This document shows, in pieces, positions 26,966-56,822 of a stretch of DNA of 64,000 nucleotides (the stretch's first letter is position 1; every line of letters starts with the position of its first letter). Made by a program: the position numbers and the translations under genes. The notes beneath the pieces are model-generated. The model made no database searches and was not told where the DNA came from. It worked only from the letters and a program-made list of their open reading frames with translations. Source of the DNA: Tubiluchus corallicola (Eukaryota > Animalia > Priapulida); the NCBI GenBank assembly GCA_030141605.1, contig JAQGDQ010000009.1:1178001-1242000 (forward strand). The letters are read 5' to 3'.

Positions 26966-28042
26966 CCTAGATTGCAAGTATCTTAGTAAATAAAAAATAA
27001 AGCTCACTTCAGTAGTTATTCAAATGAAAAGTTTTAATTAGGTATATCTAGGGTCTGCTGTTATTTATGATCACTTAAATGTTTATTATAGTAATGTAAA
27101 TAACTGAACTATTTATTTGCCTTGCTACGAGATTACTGTTGGATGATTCAGAAAGATGACAATTTTATTGTGCTAGCATTTGGAAAGTCATTGATTTTAG
27201 TAAGTAATTGTTTGAGCTAACGGCTTTCTACATAATGAATGAAATAGTCTTTCTCTTTTGATCTGTATATCCCTTGTTAACAGTCTGACTCTCGAAGTAG
27301 GGGAATATTTCCATAGTTTATCTGTAAAAGAATAATTTTGTGCTAAACTAGCTGCAGAATTTAAGTGACTTTTGTCTTTTAAAGCCAAATCTGTTACTAT
27401 TCACTGCAAGTACCAATACAGGACTAGCATATCAGACCATCAGCAGTTATTTTATGGTAAAAAAATGGTAAACTGAAACATTTATATAATGATATAATAA
27501 TAATAGTGTGTATCATGGTAATGTGTATGTATCATAATAATAATTGCATTAAAATAGCCACTAGAGCTTCTGTGTAGGTATCATGTATTCCTTAGTGTAC
27601 ATCAGCATGCATTGATACTCATTAATTCTTTTATCTGTACAAACAGAACTAGTCAATAAAATGTGATGTTATATTAAAAATTTGATCTTGGAAATTTGCC
27701 TTTACTGAAGCCTTTCACAATTAGGAAAGTACAGCATAAGCATGCAGCACACAATCTAAGATTTTAATCAACAAGGTTCTGTTTTTCTGCATTTAATTTG
27801 TTCAGAGTCCACAAACTTCCACCAGTCACTGCAGGAGTCACTCTGTAAAAAAATTGCACAGTTATGTGTTATCCATATTGATTAAAAATGTAATGGAGTA
27901 CCAAATTCCTTTAATTATAAATTATTTTTACACAGTTTAGCGAAAAAGCTTTAGCGCTACCTTTCGAAGCATTCTTTTTCTCAGTTTTGGTCAATATATC
28001 ACAGTTTAGTTGAGGCATTCAAGATTCCCAATTCCCATATCA

Positions 28043-30399
28043 TTAGAATGCTAAAGATTTACTTGACTGTGTTTTACTTGGTGAATTGCTAGCAGCATTA
28101 GATGCATTCAACAACGACGATACCTGTAACATAGATAATTCTACACAACCATTAACAATTAGAACACTGAATCAAGAGATATAAATAATATTATAGGCTC
28201 CACACCTTTCACAGAACAAGCAATGCCATAAATTTAAATAAAAAAATTTAACTTGATTAGAGTAAACACATAAATAAATAGTTATGATCAATCAAAATGT
28301 CTAAATTTGTTACATTGTTTCACCTGTTTAAATTTTGCTTTAATTTTGTTAACATCATCTGTGGTCTGTAGTTGTTCTAATGATGACTCATCTATCATTT
28401 TTAGTAAACCTTGTAATGCCTTGATCTTCCTGTAGAAAATAACAGAGCGGTCTTATCAGTTTCTGTTAGGAAAATCCAAATGTTGCACTCGTGAGTAGTA
28501 AAAGGAATCTAGCAATTATTAACAAAAAGTAACATCTATACAATGCTGGAATTGTTAAATTTTAACCGGGATTATACCAACATCTAAAGTATTAGAACCG
28601 AGTGCCATATTGCATTTTTTACCATTATAAATGCTATTGGACAAATACCTTTCTTTTTTACTTGTGCAGCAATCATTAGTGGTAGACGAATGGGCGTTCA
28701 GTATATTATCAAGTGAAGCTGCAGCAAAGCCTTTTATAAAACCAACCTAGTAAAATGTTATGTCGTTAAAGTGAAACACAAGGATGAAAAATAAAAAAAA
28801 GTAAAAAAAATCTTTTGTATCGACAGCCTCGCCAGGTGGCAAATGGAAAACAACATTATCTGACAAACAAATGGATAACATACTACAATGTTACATGTAG
28901 TAATTTGTTTTCATTAAGTTATTTTTGCTAGAATATTCTCAACAGTTTTACAATATTATAGATGATTTTCTATAAATAAATTCTGTGTTTATGTGAGTCC
29001 TCAAATCTTGTAAATCTATTTGTCAATTGAAGGACTTTTTAAAATAGATGTTTTAGTTTGCTATTAGAAACAAGCTTTTTAATGTGTAAGTAAATTAATG
29101 AATAAAACTTATAAATTATAATTAATAAGTATTAGAAACAAGGATGGGCTCTTTAATACAGGAAACACGAATGCACACAGCAGTGGAATTGTGGAGTTAT
29201 TGATCTACATTAGCACCATTTTGTTGCAAATCTATGGAGTTTGAAAACTGTTTGGATGACTAAATGGAATCAAGAATATGATGATTTCCTTAAAATGTCA
29301 TAGTTTTGCACGTGGCTGCAAAGCTACAATTTTAATATTTGTGACAGTACACCTTTCAGCAGTTTTTTAAATAACTAAAAACAAACAAATAAATAAAATG
29401 TATTTATAAATAAATAAAAAAATCTGCTCATCTCTGTCGAAGAACAAGAAACAAATTTGAAAATGCAATCTAAAACCAAAAGTCACAAAATGATTCAAAA
29501 TTTCAGTTTTACAAAAAACTAGGGGTTTACTGTGTACAATAATAAGAACTCGAGTCGTTGAAATCATTTTGTACAAGTATTTCCAAAAGAAGACTATTTT
29601 ATTTTCACACAAATTAAGCATATGTCTTCAGGCAAGAGTTGTTAGAAGTAATAAATCTAGTAAATTATAGGTCTTCTAAGAAATTAGCTTTAACTATATA
29701 ATACAGATGACATTTACTCTACAGACACATATCTGGAATGTGCAGTGAGTAAACATGTGATTAACTGGCAGGTATGGCTATATGATTGATCCGGCAAATG
29801 TAGCCTTGCAGTTTGTAGCATACAAAGCAGTGCACAAACAGTTTGCATTGCATTTAGTTTAGCAAAAAGTTATAACACATTCAAGTTTTGGCGTCACTTA
29901 ATGCATGTTGCCCTGTTTTACCCATACTTGTAAGCCCAGCTGTATCCCCATCTGTATCGCATCTGAATTTTCTTTTTCCCGCTCAGCCAGGGTTCCATCT
30001 TTGTAGCCTTCGTTGTAACCATGTCGTCTAAACCTACATAGTAATTGCATTGGCAATGAATGCGACCTGTCATTTCAACAGATTAGGCCAATGTTTTTTT
30101 AACAAATTTCCAGTCTTTTACATCAAAATGACTATTATCCAGGAACATAATTCATAAACTAAATTGGACTCCTCATTATACACAATATAGGGATCTTAGT
30201 ACTTTCCAGCAGTTATTAATGCATAAATGTGAACTGACAGAAAATTTGACATCAAACTCTCCCAGACAGTAGGAATTTATTTAATAAGCAAAAAATTTAT
30301 TACAGCAGTCCTGGGTCATATAGTAGTGAAGGGATACCTTTCTTCAGAACATTCTATAGCATCAAATATGTCATTGATATCCGAACCATCAGAATCCAT
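28043..30399 (-). CDS. LTO1: LTO1/ORAOV1, ABCE1 Fe-S maturation adaptor, ~150 aa, 5 coding exons
   Basis: Exons 30399-30338, 30033-29928, 28746-28649, 28429-28324, 28123-28043 (453 nt, in frame): DIFDAIECSEERFRRHGYNEGYKDG...G.Q.G..VGFIKGFA...KIKALQGLLKMI...KIKAKFKQVSSLLN...SLAF*, colinear with human ORAOV1 as recalled. Acceptor at 30431-30432 and candidate donor near 31484 suggest a non-coding first exon. Confidence 0.9.
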
Positions 30400-30827
30400 A
30401 TTGTCTAATGGTTGGTATTTGGCCTTCAATCTAAAAAAGAAGTAAAAACAAGAAACTATAACTAGACTTCTGTTTACTACTAAGTCATAAACTTAACGAT
30501 TCTGCAACATAACTAGAACTGCAACATGAACAGTATTCAAAAACTATATTTGCTGACCTTGACCTTTTGCTTCAAGAACACAATTTTGTTTTTACTAAAT
30601 GTATCATGTTTGATTATCAAGGCATTTTCTTTCGTTTTAATGACATTCGAACTTGTCACATTTGGATTCGTGACTCGTGCTAACAGTTAATTTTAGTGTC
30701 CTCATAAACCAAAGAGATTAGCATCAGAGGTACTCGAAATGCAAATAAACAGTGCACATGAAAGGTCATGGTATAATGAAGTAGTTGAGGCTGCAAAAAA
30801 TATACCATAGATGCTAATAAAGAAAGG

Positions 30828-31200
30828 GTGAATGTCATGAAAAAGTCTGAATGGAAGAAAGAAATAAAGAATACGATTGAATGTTTTATAAAGAATAAAT
30901 ATTCAGAAAAATGCAGGAGCAGCACTAAATTAAGATTTTTAAGGCATACCGAGTGGAAACGACAAAATTACAAAGACACATGCAAGCCGAATATGATTAA
31001 AGTTAAAGGAAACTACAAGAATGAGTTTAACGATCAGTTATTATGCCCAGTGTGTGGGGAAGATGATGATACTACTGAACATATGCTTAAATGTGACAGA
31101 TATGGAGCATGGAAAAAAATGAACTCAGATACATTAATGAACAGTGAAAAGGAAGGATTGCTAGAAATTAGAAATATAGTGAACGAATGCATGGAATACA
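30828..31200 (+). mobile_element. LINE ORF2 C-terminal fragment with CCHC zinc knuckle, in LTO1 5'-UTR intron
   Basis: ORF 30828-31274 contains NMIKVKGNYKN..LLCPVCGEDDDTTEHMLKC, a typical non-LTR C-terminal CX2CX8HX3C knuckle; no RT core. Confidence 0.75.
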
Positions 31201-31778
31201 GGATAAAGACATTAAACTGGGAAAAGACAACTAAAAGATCAGCGTTATGGAAAAATAGACTTTGCACCCAATAAAGGTGCCCGCTTCTGATAGGTGCAGA
31301 GAGTCGAGTATCGCAATCGCAACATATCGTAATTGCAGTCATGTCACGAGTCCTAAATACCTCAGTTGTTCCGTTAATGTTTACTCTCCATTCCAGGCAA
31401 ATGAAAAATATAAACTTAAGTTTAAGAAAAGTTAACTAATTAAGACTTTCAACAAACGTGTTTTACAATATCGGAAATTTTTACCTTGGTGGTACCAGTG
31501 GTATTGTAACTTACAAAGATTTCCCACATTATTTTACTAAGGCAAGGTGAAAAGGCGTGCAAGACGAATTACACTGTAGACGTTTTTTTGGAAAAGTTAA
31601 TGAAAGTTTGTATCAAAAACAAAACTAAAATTATGAAACTGAAAACGAGGGAGAGGATCAATGAGTAAACACCACCACTGCTCGCTAGTGCAACTCACAT
31701 GATGTAAAATTTACTTCGCAGTTTAAATACTGCTGGTACTGAAAGGCCTGAGATATTGTTCTGTCACTTATATTAGTG

Positions 31779-34108
31779 ATGGGTAAAGTTGCGAAACTCA
31801 AAAAACAATCTGAAGTACGGTCACATCCTTTAGCAAGTGGACTAACACTGTCAAGAAAATTAGGTAAAACGAAAGCTGCCAAACTTAAACAGAATAAGTT
31901 GCGGCGACTTAAAAGTGTTACGACTGCAAAAAGTGTTGTTGATCAAGCTGATTTAAAAAGTGAATATTCTGTTTTCCTCAAAAATCAGAATGCAACAGAG
32001 CAAGCAAACAAGGGTGATAAGAAGGTTATTAGCTTCGGCAATCTAGCGGAAGGCAAAGTAACTGGTACTCGGACGACAAGAAAGAAAGATAAACAGAGAC
32101 TTCGCCACAAATTACTGTTAAGTACTTTTAAAATCTGTTTCTTTCTAATTTCGATTGTAACTTTCATTGTCATTGCTTACCATTTGCCTTCCTTCTGCAT
32201 TGGAATTTGTAATTTGGCAACTATTTTGCAGACACTCCTGTGATATACATGAGAAAAAATTAAATTGTACCTATGCTTAATAATGCTAACCATTTCTGTG
32301 TAATAAAGTACATGCTAATTTTGAGCTCATGCAGTTAAACCTCTTTAAACCACCCAGTGGCTAAAAGCTAAAAGGGGGAAGGTGAGCAACCTCGCTACCA
32401 AGCGCATTTTTCAAAATTGGCCCCTTTAAAATATTTTTCTTTTTGGTTCATTTGTGCGATAAAAGTTAAACTTCTGGTACAACACAGAAACCTCATGAAG
32501 GAGTCATTCTACCATTTTGGTAAAACTTTATGTTCACTCAAACATAATCGATGCAACATATATTTATTTTGAGAATTAATTATTTGTTGATATTGTGCAC
32601 TGCAGAGTTGTTAGCTGTGTGTTTTCAAAGACATTTGAAGATATTTAATGAGCTACCTTTAAATCACTTAGGCAACAGTGGTCTGCGTAACACATATTCA
32701 AATGAAAGCGAGTAATATAGATCATGCAGCATGCATTACGGATTAGCAATCAGGTACAAAATATGTAAATACAAACTGTTGTAAGCGCATTGTGGATCAC
32801 ACATTATCCACACGTGGTGTCATACCTTTATACTGTCATGATTAATTGTTAAGCGAGTACACTCATGTTTTTCCACAGAGTAATCGTTGTCAGTTAAAGG
32901 TTTAAACTTTCCTAGAGTAGGTGCATCAATCAGCAGCTCACCATAGTTACATTTGCTCACTACTCTCGCAATAAATAAATATTTACGAAAGTCAAGATAT
33001 AACTTCATCGCTTTAAAAAGTTTAAATTATTTAAAGACATTTTTTCCTGTTGCTATTTTATAAACCTCAATAACTTGTATAAGGTTTCCGTATTGCCTTC
33101 CTAATTCTAATGTTATCAAATTATAGTACTTCAGTCTTTCTAAATTGGGGACATATTTACATCAAATGGAATGATGCATATTGTGTTACTCATCAATTAG
33201 CTTGTTAAAAGTAGTTTTACTTTTTAGTATGTGCTTTTTGGAAACTGTGGATATTTTATTATAGTTTGAGAAAACTGGAAGAAGCCAAAGCGGCAAAACA
33301 AAAGAGAAAAGACAACGAGGTAAACGTTGCACCTGGTGCTCTTTTGTCTAATTTGAATTCCATTGGTGCTGCACTGCCAAACTTTAGTGATAACTCATAC
33401 CAGAAGAAATCTAAAGGTAGGTCAAATTGTGGCCATTATAATGAGAAAACTAGTTATTTTGATTGTGCCGCATGTGCTTATGAAACACTTCTACCCTTTG
33501 AATGAAGATATGTAATTTTTGAGCTTCAGATAGCTGTGGGATTTCTGCGTATGGCTTTGTCATGAATAAGTTTATAACTTGTGATGCTTGTGGATATAAA
33601 CATGGTAGATATTTACGTTAAACGCCTAAAGCCCTATTTTATATACATATGTATATATGGTGACATCAATAATGGAATGAACTCTATTGTATGTATATAT
33701 GGTGACATCAATAATGGAATGAACTCTATTGTAAGGACAGTTTGAGGGAAAAAAACAAAATACAAACAGCTGTCTTGCTTATTCAAGTATTCAGATTTCC
33801 ACAACAACTCATACCTTGTCTTAATTCTTATTTTGTTCTATTTTACACATTTAGACATTGTGTAAGCATGCTGTCATACTCCTAACTAAAATAATTTGGC
33901 TATATAAATACGATAATGTGTATTTCTGGCTTTAGGTGTTGCTTCAGAAAAATGTAAAAGCACATTGAAGATGCGGCAGAGACAGAGAAAATTCATGAAT
34001 GAAGTCCAGATGTTTAAACAAATATATAAGACTCGCGAATTTCAGAACGATCCTTTGGGTGCCATCTCGCAGCATCTACGAAATAAATTGGCTGAAGATG
34101 GTTTATGA
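31779..34108 (+). CDS. SLX9: SLX9/FAM207A ribosome biogenesis factor, ~220 aa, 3 exons
   Basis: Exons 31779-32116 (weak donor GTTAAG chosen for frame), 33265-33416, 33936-34108. Basic N-terminus MGKV, KKDKQRLRHKLLLRKLE, L.AALP, and C-terminal EVQMFKQIY...FQNDPLGAISQHL, typical of the SLX9 family. Confidence 0.8.
32670..32827. mobile_element. 3' fragment of the same MITE family as 42310-42900
   Basis: Shares taggcaacag.ggt, catattc.aa.ga, gcattacggat, ggatcacacatta motifs in the same order; its end (reverse complement ggtatgacacca) matches the left end of the 42310 copy (gctatgaatcca). Confidence 0.55.
33648..33733. repeat. Perfect 42-bp tandem duplication, intronic
   Basis: tatgtatatatggtgacatcaataatggaatgaactctattg x2. 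Confidence 0.9.
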
Positions 34109-35599
34109 GGCTCTTCTTTATTGTTAATTTAATTACTTTAAATATAAATACCATTTTGATCAACATGTTTAATTTTATGATCTTGTGAGCATTGATGTAA
34201 AAAAACTGCACAAGTTTTTAGGTTGAAACAAGTACAGTATGCTTCCTTCTTTAAAATACATCTTACTTGTTTATGTTGTGTGTAGGCTTTACCATTATTT
34301 ATGGACAATATAATCATTTAAAAATCATTGATGTCAAGACTTAAAATGCCTTTCATTATACAACTAAATTGTTGGTAATGGAAGCAAGCTAACTAGACTT
34401 TAAAGACTAGTTTGTAAGGAAGCCACCCTAGTGTGATTTACATCAGTGAACTCTAAAGTGCTAAAATTTTTAAGTGATGCTGTGTGGTAAATGATTTGGT
34501 ATGGACTGTCTGTGAGAAATCATCTGGCGTAATGACAGTGATGAAAGCTGTAAAGACAGTAATTAATGATCTTTTACTTTTTCTATAAATTTTTGTATAC
34601 GCAGTTAATAAAATTATGACAAAAATATTTATTTTAGAACTGCATTTAAATTTGATTGGTTTTGCCAATGAATTGCTAGTGAAAAGTGTGGTACTTTTGA
34701 GATTCTGAATCAGAAAAGTGTTTGTAAAGAATTATATTAATGAGCTATACTATCATGATAGGGGGTTAAGCGAACACACTCATAGAAACACAATATTTTT
34801 CCACAAAATAGTAAACTTGTTAACAGTTTCATATTATTGCATTATTGTTTTAATTAGAAATTGATTGTTGAGTTGACCAGCGACTACTACCGTTATTATT
34901 AGTTAGCAGATTTGATGTGTGTGGATGGGTGCTTTTGAAATTCTGCCACTCTGTGCTTTTCGAAGATATCCCATATTGTAGCCGAATAGTTTCGCGAAAA
35001 TGAAAAGCAAACTCAAACGCTACAAATAGTAGCTGGTAGTTTAGTGTTAGTCGGTGTAAATAAACTGTGTTCTGAAGATGGTTCATTATTGAAATTTGAA
35101 TAGGAGCAACAGCTAGTGTCGTGACTTAGCGGCTTGCTGCCCATATTGGATAAGGTATTCTTTTTGAAAGGTTTGAGTAGTTGCCCGGTTTAGTACTAGT
35201 AGTAGTAGTACTTAGTACTAATGTTAAGAAGGTTCACGTAATAGGGACGCTATCACGCCAGTGTAAATAAAATCGTGTTATGAAAATGATTCTTTATTGA
35301 AATTTAAATATGACACGCTTCTTGTGTCGAATTTGTAAACCCGGTGCTCATTCCTTTTGACGCGTTTGAGTAGGTGCACGGTTCGTAGTAATAGTGGTAT
35401 TAAACTTAAAGTTAAGAAAGCCAAGATAATGATACTAGACACGCTATTCCTGTATGATTCTCTTGTAATGCTAGTTGTGTGTGCAGGATTTTGGGAGAGA
35501 AGTGCTGCCAAGAATGTATCCATATCTACATCAATTTTTTTATCAATGTCCTCACATGACAATATATCTACTAGTACTAGCTTGAAATTAGTTGTATAA

Positions 35600-35800
35600 C
35601 AGCACATCCCATTCACTAGAATAAAGCACACATTCAGACAAAAAATGTTCTGTAAATGCCGCTAAACAGAGCAGAGAATTAACACGTTCAATCTTATGAA
35701 GATAGTAGTTAAGTTCAGAGTTGCCCATATGTAACTGAAGAAGCTTGGAAAACTGGGGTTTTGACGGAAAATCAAGCCTTTTATTGAAGCTCACAGAAGA
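35600..35800 (-). mobile_element. Degenerate LINE ORF2 C-terminal remnant
   Basis: QLHMGNSELNYYLHKIERVNSLLC....TEHFLSECVLY follows the RLRLG.S.LN..L.....S..C...ET.EHFL..C..Y pattern. Confidence 0.65.
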
Positions 35801-38316
35801 ACTTAAATTATAGAAGAATCTGCCACTTGCGAAGTAAAGTTTTAAGTCTTGCGTTCTTGACATCTTGGAAAGTGTAAATACATGAATTTGCCTCCATGAA
35901 CTGGGCATCATTGGCAGCCTTTTTAGCCAAGGAATCAGTGAGATCATTTCCAATAATATTACAATTAGCAGATTCCCACACAAAGTTAACATGAACATCA
36001 GAAGAAAAAGAAGAAAATGCAACATGATTTTTATACTATCACACAAACCTTTGTAACAGTTACAAGTCCATCCTAAAGATATAATGCTTACTGAACACTG
36101 ACTGTCTGAAAAAAACTGTTACATTTCTAACAAAGGTATTTATAAAGACTAATTGTTCTACAACAATGTGTAAAATAGCAAAGAGTTAGCTAACAAGATT
36201 CATGCAGTGCTACTGATTTACTGATATGATGAAATGTGAGTAAATTACTGGTCCTGCTTCACATGGCCCAGGGTTGTCTGTTGTTTCACTGCAAGCTTGT
36301 GTTTATTTTCAGTGTCATTTGTCACATCAGAATTTATTAATAAGTATTATCGACTGATAAGAGCTTCACACTTTGCACATTATTAGGGATACAATCGAAG
36401 CTCACATTGAAGTCTACCCCAAATTTAGTAGAACAGTTCAAAACCAGTGTAATCTGCTGACCTGACATAATTTGATTAATTTCTCCCCTTTGCTTCAGGA
36501 ACTCCTCACTTGTCATGTGCAGTAAATTAGATATCATTACAGAAATTAAATAAGTGCGAAGAAGATGATAACAATGCTGATATTAAGACATAAAGCTTAA
36601 GAACTTGTTTTACACATAATACATTACAAGCAAGAATCTGATAAATACCAATACGTAGTACTCAATTCCTGACTTTTACGAATGAACATTTGGAAGCATT
36701 TATAAATAAGGTATGAAGTTAATAATTAAGACTACAAGAAAAAAGTAAGACAAGAAAGACAATCGCACTTGGTTAAGTCACAAAATATTTATTTTAGAAC
36801 TGTATTTTGTAAGCCTTTTGTTTGTGACTTTGTTAGTTTTAGGTACTCTGCTTGGGAAAAATATTAATAAAAATAACTGCCAGCATCCAGTTAAGACATG
36901 GCTATTTATTCCAACACACTCGTCTGCAGTGTTTCAACCATAACATGGTCATGGTCTCGCAATTCTACCTAATAAAAGTATAATGTACAAAATGTATGGT
37001 CTACATTATGAAAAACAAACAAAACAGTTTCTAAATAGTAACAGTTTAGATCGTGTAGCACTTTGCTAAATGACAACAGATTTCTTTTCCTGACTAATGC
37101 TTGTGCGTGGCAACAACAGAAGGTTTGCCCCAAACATGAACAATACCTTAAACAGTCAAATATAAGGACTAGTGCAAAGTGATTCTTGATGTAGTGAGAA
37201 TGTTGAGCTGTTGCTGAAGTTTTTTTATTAAAAGAGTTTCAAAATGCTCAGTGATCGATGAGTGTGGCACTAATTTCAGTAGCCTACCCTTAGTTAGCAA
37301 CCAGTCCCAATGTTCATATTTACGAACATTTTACCAATATAAACTGCAGAAGTTTAAGTTTAAGCCAGTCACAAGTTTAATCATAAAGTGCCGAAGAATG
37401 TAAACATGGTCACAGTCGGTACTTGATCCTGAAAAAATATGAAAACCAGACCTAAGGGTGAAACACTTAAAAGTATTTTAAGATAAAGGAATAGACCTTT
37501 TAATATCTTAATATTCTGTTCCTGGTTTGATAATATGGACCAGTGAGTAGTAGTCGGAGTAAATAACTTTTTTCTCTATAATCTGATTTTTTAGTGGTTG
37601 GTGAAATATATGCTATCCAAAAATCTACCAAGGCATTTGTTAAACATGCTAACAGAAAACCTATTCCTACACATATCTGTGCACAGTTCCTTAATGTACT
37701 ACTTAATACAGTTCTTTAATATTAATGAGACAGAACATGTATCCACTCTCGCCATGTATCATTTTCCAGAAGGCATGAAAGCAGAAGCAAGTGAATGTGG
37801 TGGGTCAGTCAGATAGACCTGAAAGTACAGAATTAGGTGATGATGCACCTCAGGTCAATGCGAGGAGTGGCTAATGCTGTTTTTGGCATAACTTTGTGAT
37901 TTATCAGTTTGTAACTGACAGTATTGTATGTCGTATTTTTCACAGTAAATTTGAATTTAAATTTTAGATTTAAATTTGAACATTATTTGAATTTGCATTT
38001 AATCTTAAATTTTAATAAAAATAGTACATTGATAAGTTCAATAAAAATTCTTATGTTTCTTTGGCAAATAATTTGACTAAACTATTATATAATTTTAGAC
38101 AAATCACTCTGGATTTCTGAAGTACATATTCTGTTAATATAAACAGTTGTTTGTCTACTTATTTAATTAGAATGATTACGTGAAAAATGCAAGGCAGGGT
38201 GCCAGTGTAATCGTGTATGAAATATTTTTTCCAGCTTATGGGAATTTGATAATCTGGTAGTCTACGTAGTGTTATTTATTACTGGCTTTAATTTTTTTAG
38301 CAACGGTACTACTAAG

Positions 38317-54419
<16,103 letters not shown>

Positions 54420-56822
54420 GATGTGAGATATATGCAAAGCATTCCATTGTGAAACAGGGCATTACTGCTGTGTGGTAAACTAACTATTAACTAACTGTGT
54501 GGTAACTATGAATTTATTTATAAAAAATGATATAAACTTTACATTTATCTACAGTTGCAAATGGCATTTACCTATGATTGCTAATAGTTGTATTAACTAC
54601 TCATTGATGCAGAGTGCATTGTCTGTATTATAGCAACAGATGGAAGAGCTGACTTGTTTTGGAGTGTATTCGATTCAGCAGTGCTGTGCTTGATTAGCGA
54701 TTAGATCGGTGACTGCTGTAAAACAGTTTTTAGGTAGCTTTATTTCTTATACTGCCTGTGGTATTTCTTACAAAAGTGAGAGTGTATATGGATCTAAATG
54801 TATTAAGAGAAAATGTGTTTAAGATTCTTCTTACAGTTCAGTGGCTCATCTTGAGTAATTATTCTTGGTTTTTCAGGGTTTACCTTGTCATTGAGTGCTG
54901 GATTTTAGTTTCAGTGTACTGAAGTGTTTAGAAAAAATGATTTTTCAATTGCAGAACAGGCCTTATTTTTAGTGCTGTATAAGTTATTATCAACCACTTT
55001 TGAAGTCTTTTAGTAGGATGCTATCTATGAGCATTTTGCATATATGTTATTTTACAATATTCAAATGATAAGAAAATCTCTATCCTCACAACAACAGTTG
55101 GCATTTCCTTATTAACCATAGGAAATTTGCAAAATAGAGAAAAGTGTTGTCACCTGCTTGGGCGTCTTGATAATACATTTTATTATGTTTAGAAATTAAT
55201 ATTTATAGGCAGTGGTTATAGTACTTGACCCCACCATTTTACCAATTTCATTCACATAGTAATTGATTTTCCAATTCTATGTGTGTTTTGCTAGTGAATT
55301 ACTAGTGAATTTGCTAGTAATTTTATGATAACTATGTAAATCGGTTTGTGTATTGTTTTTAAATTATAAAATCTAATTTCTGAAAAGTAAATTCTTGCTT
55401 TTGTAAAAGCTTTGTAACCAGAATCTCAATTTCGTAAATATAATACTATGAAAATAGTACATAAAATCTCAGTACGATCTTTGATAGTTTAGGTTTTACT
55501 CATTATCAGTTTGTTCTCTTTCTTTTTAACAATCGCGTTTTGTTATTGTTTTTAATTGCATTTTCATATTATGGCATGTGCTGCAGAGTGTGTGAACTTT
55601 TTTTACTATAGTTGTCAAAAACCTGCTGTAGTGACCTTGATGTTTAAATTTTTGTCATGTAAATTCAGCTAATTGTCTTTGTAATATCACAGAGTTTTAG
55701 CACTTATTATCAACTGACTGAATAATATTTTATAGTTGTTAGTGGAAAGTTTTACTTGAAGCATTTTGTTAAATTTATTTCCAAAATTTTTTTATGTACT
55801 TGACTGGCTTGAAATGTGATATTATATCCGTCCAGTATCTGTTAATATGGTATTGTTGTGTACTGATTTGTAGCATTGAAACATGATGAAAATAAAGTTT
55901 CATTATAATTAATCGCATTTTATTATTGCATTACCTGTATTTACATTAATAATTCATTAGTGGACTGAATTTGTTTATCAGCATATTGTTTTCTATTACG
56001 AGAACAACTTAATTGATACCGATTGTACCACGATGTCAAAGTCGAATTTGTTTATTTATAAAGATGACAAATAGCTAGACATTACATTGTATTTGGTAGC
56101 CAAGATCCTCATGCAGGGCGATATTTGTGAGTACATAATTGCAAAGCCAAAAACATTCTGGGTTGCTCTCTCATATTTCATGTGTGTGAACACGCTGCAT
56201 GCAGCCGTACATTAGACTAACAAGCACAAGTGCTGCTCTAGCGCTTGTTGAAGGCTGCTATTATTCTCCATTAGTCAGTAGTCACCAGGAAACAAACTCA
56301 GTCGCCCACTGAGCATTTAATTTCCTCAGCAAAGCTTTTGCAAGTATTGAGCTATCATGACATCTCTAGTCACTACTGAGCAACTCATGTTAATCTTAAT
56401 GTATTGACGTTAATTTAGTGCCGAAATAAATTAAGATAATGTCAAAGCTTACGTCGACGGAGTGGCGTTTTCAGTTTTTTATGTCTGGTTCAAGTCATAT
56501 GGGCATTGTATGCAACAGTAACTGTTGATTACTTGTAAGCTTTAAAGCATTTAATGCGTGACTACAATGTATACTGATTTGTAAGGTACAATATAAAATA
56601 TTAGGACGAATACTGTGATAGTGCATAAAGCGAAAGTGAATTAAAGCGAAAATTTTCAACTTTAAAGTTTCAAGTTTCTAGCTTTTGCGTGTGATGGTAG
56701 CGTGCTGATTTCGTAAATAATCATGTGTATTCTCGATTTTTCACATAATAATCGACACATTTCTCAATTATGGATTTTCTGTATAGTTTGTTGGATTCTT
56801 TGCTTTATTTATTCAATACGAC

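Noticed and set aside
28043-30399. YAE1 as identity of the minus-strand gene
   Set aside because: It shares the GxxxG deca-repeat, but DIFDAI...ERF and KIKAKFKQ..SLLN match LTO1/ORAOV1.
30828-31274. Independent zinc-finger protein gene
   Set aside because: Pattern matches a truncated LINE ORF2 tail, and the ORF starts at GTG.
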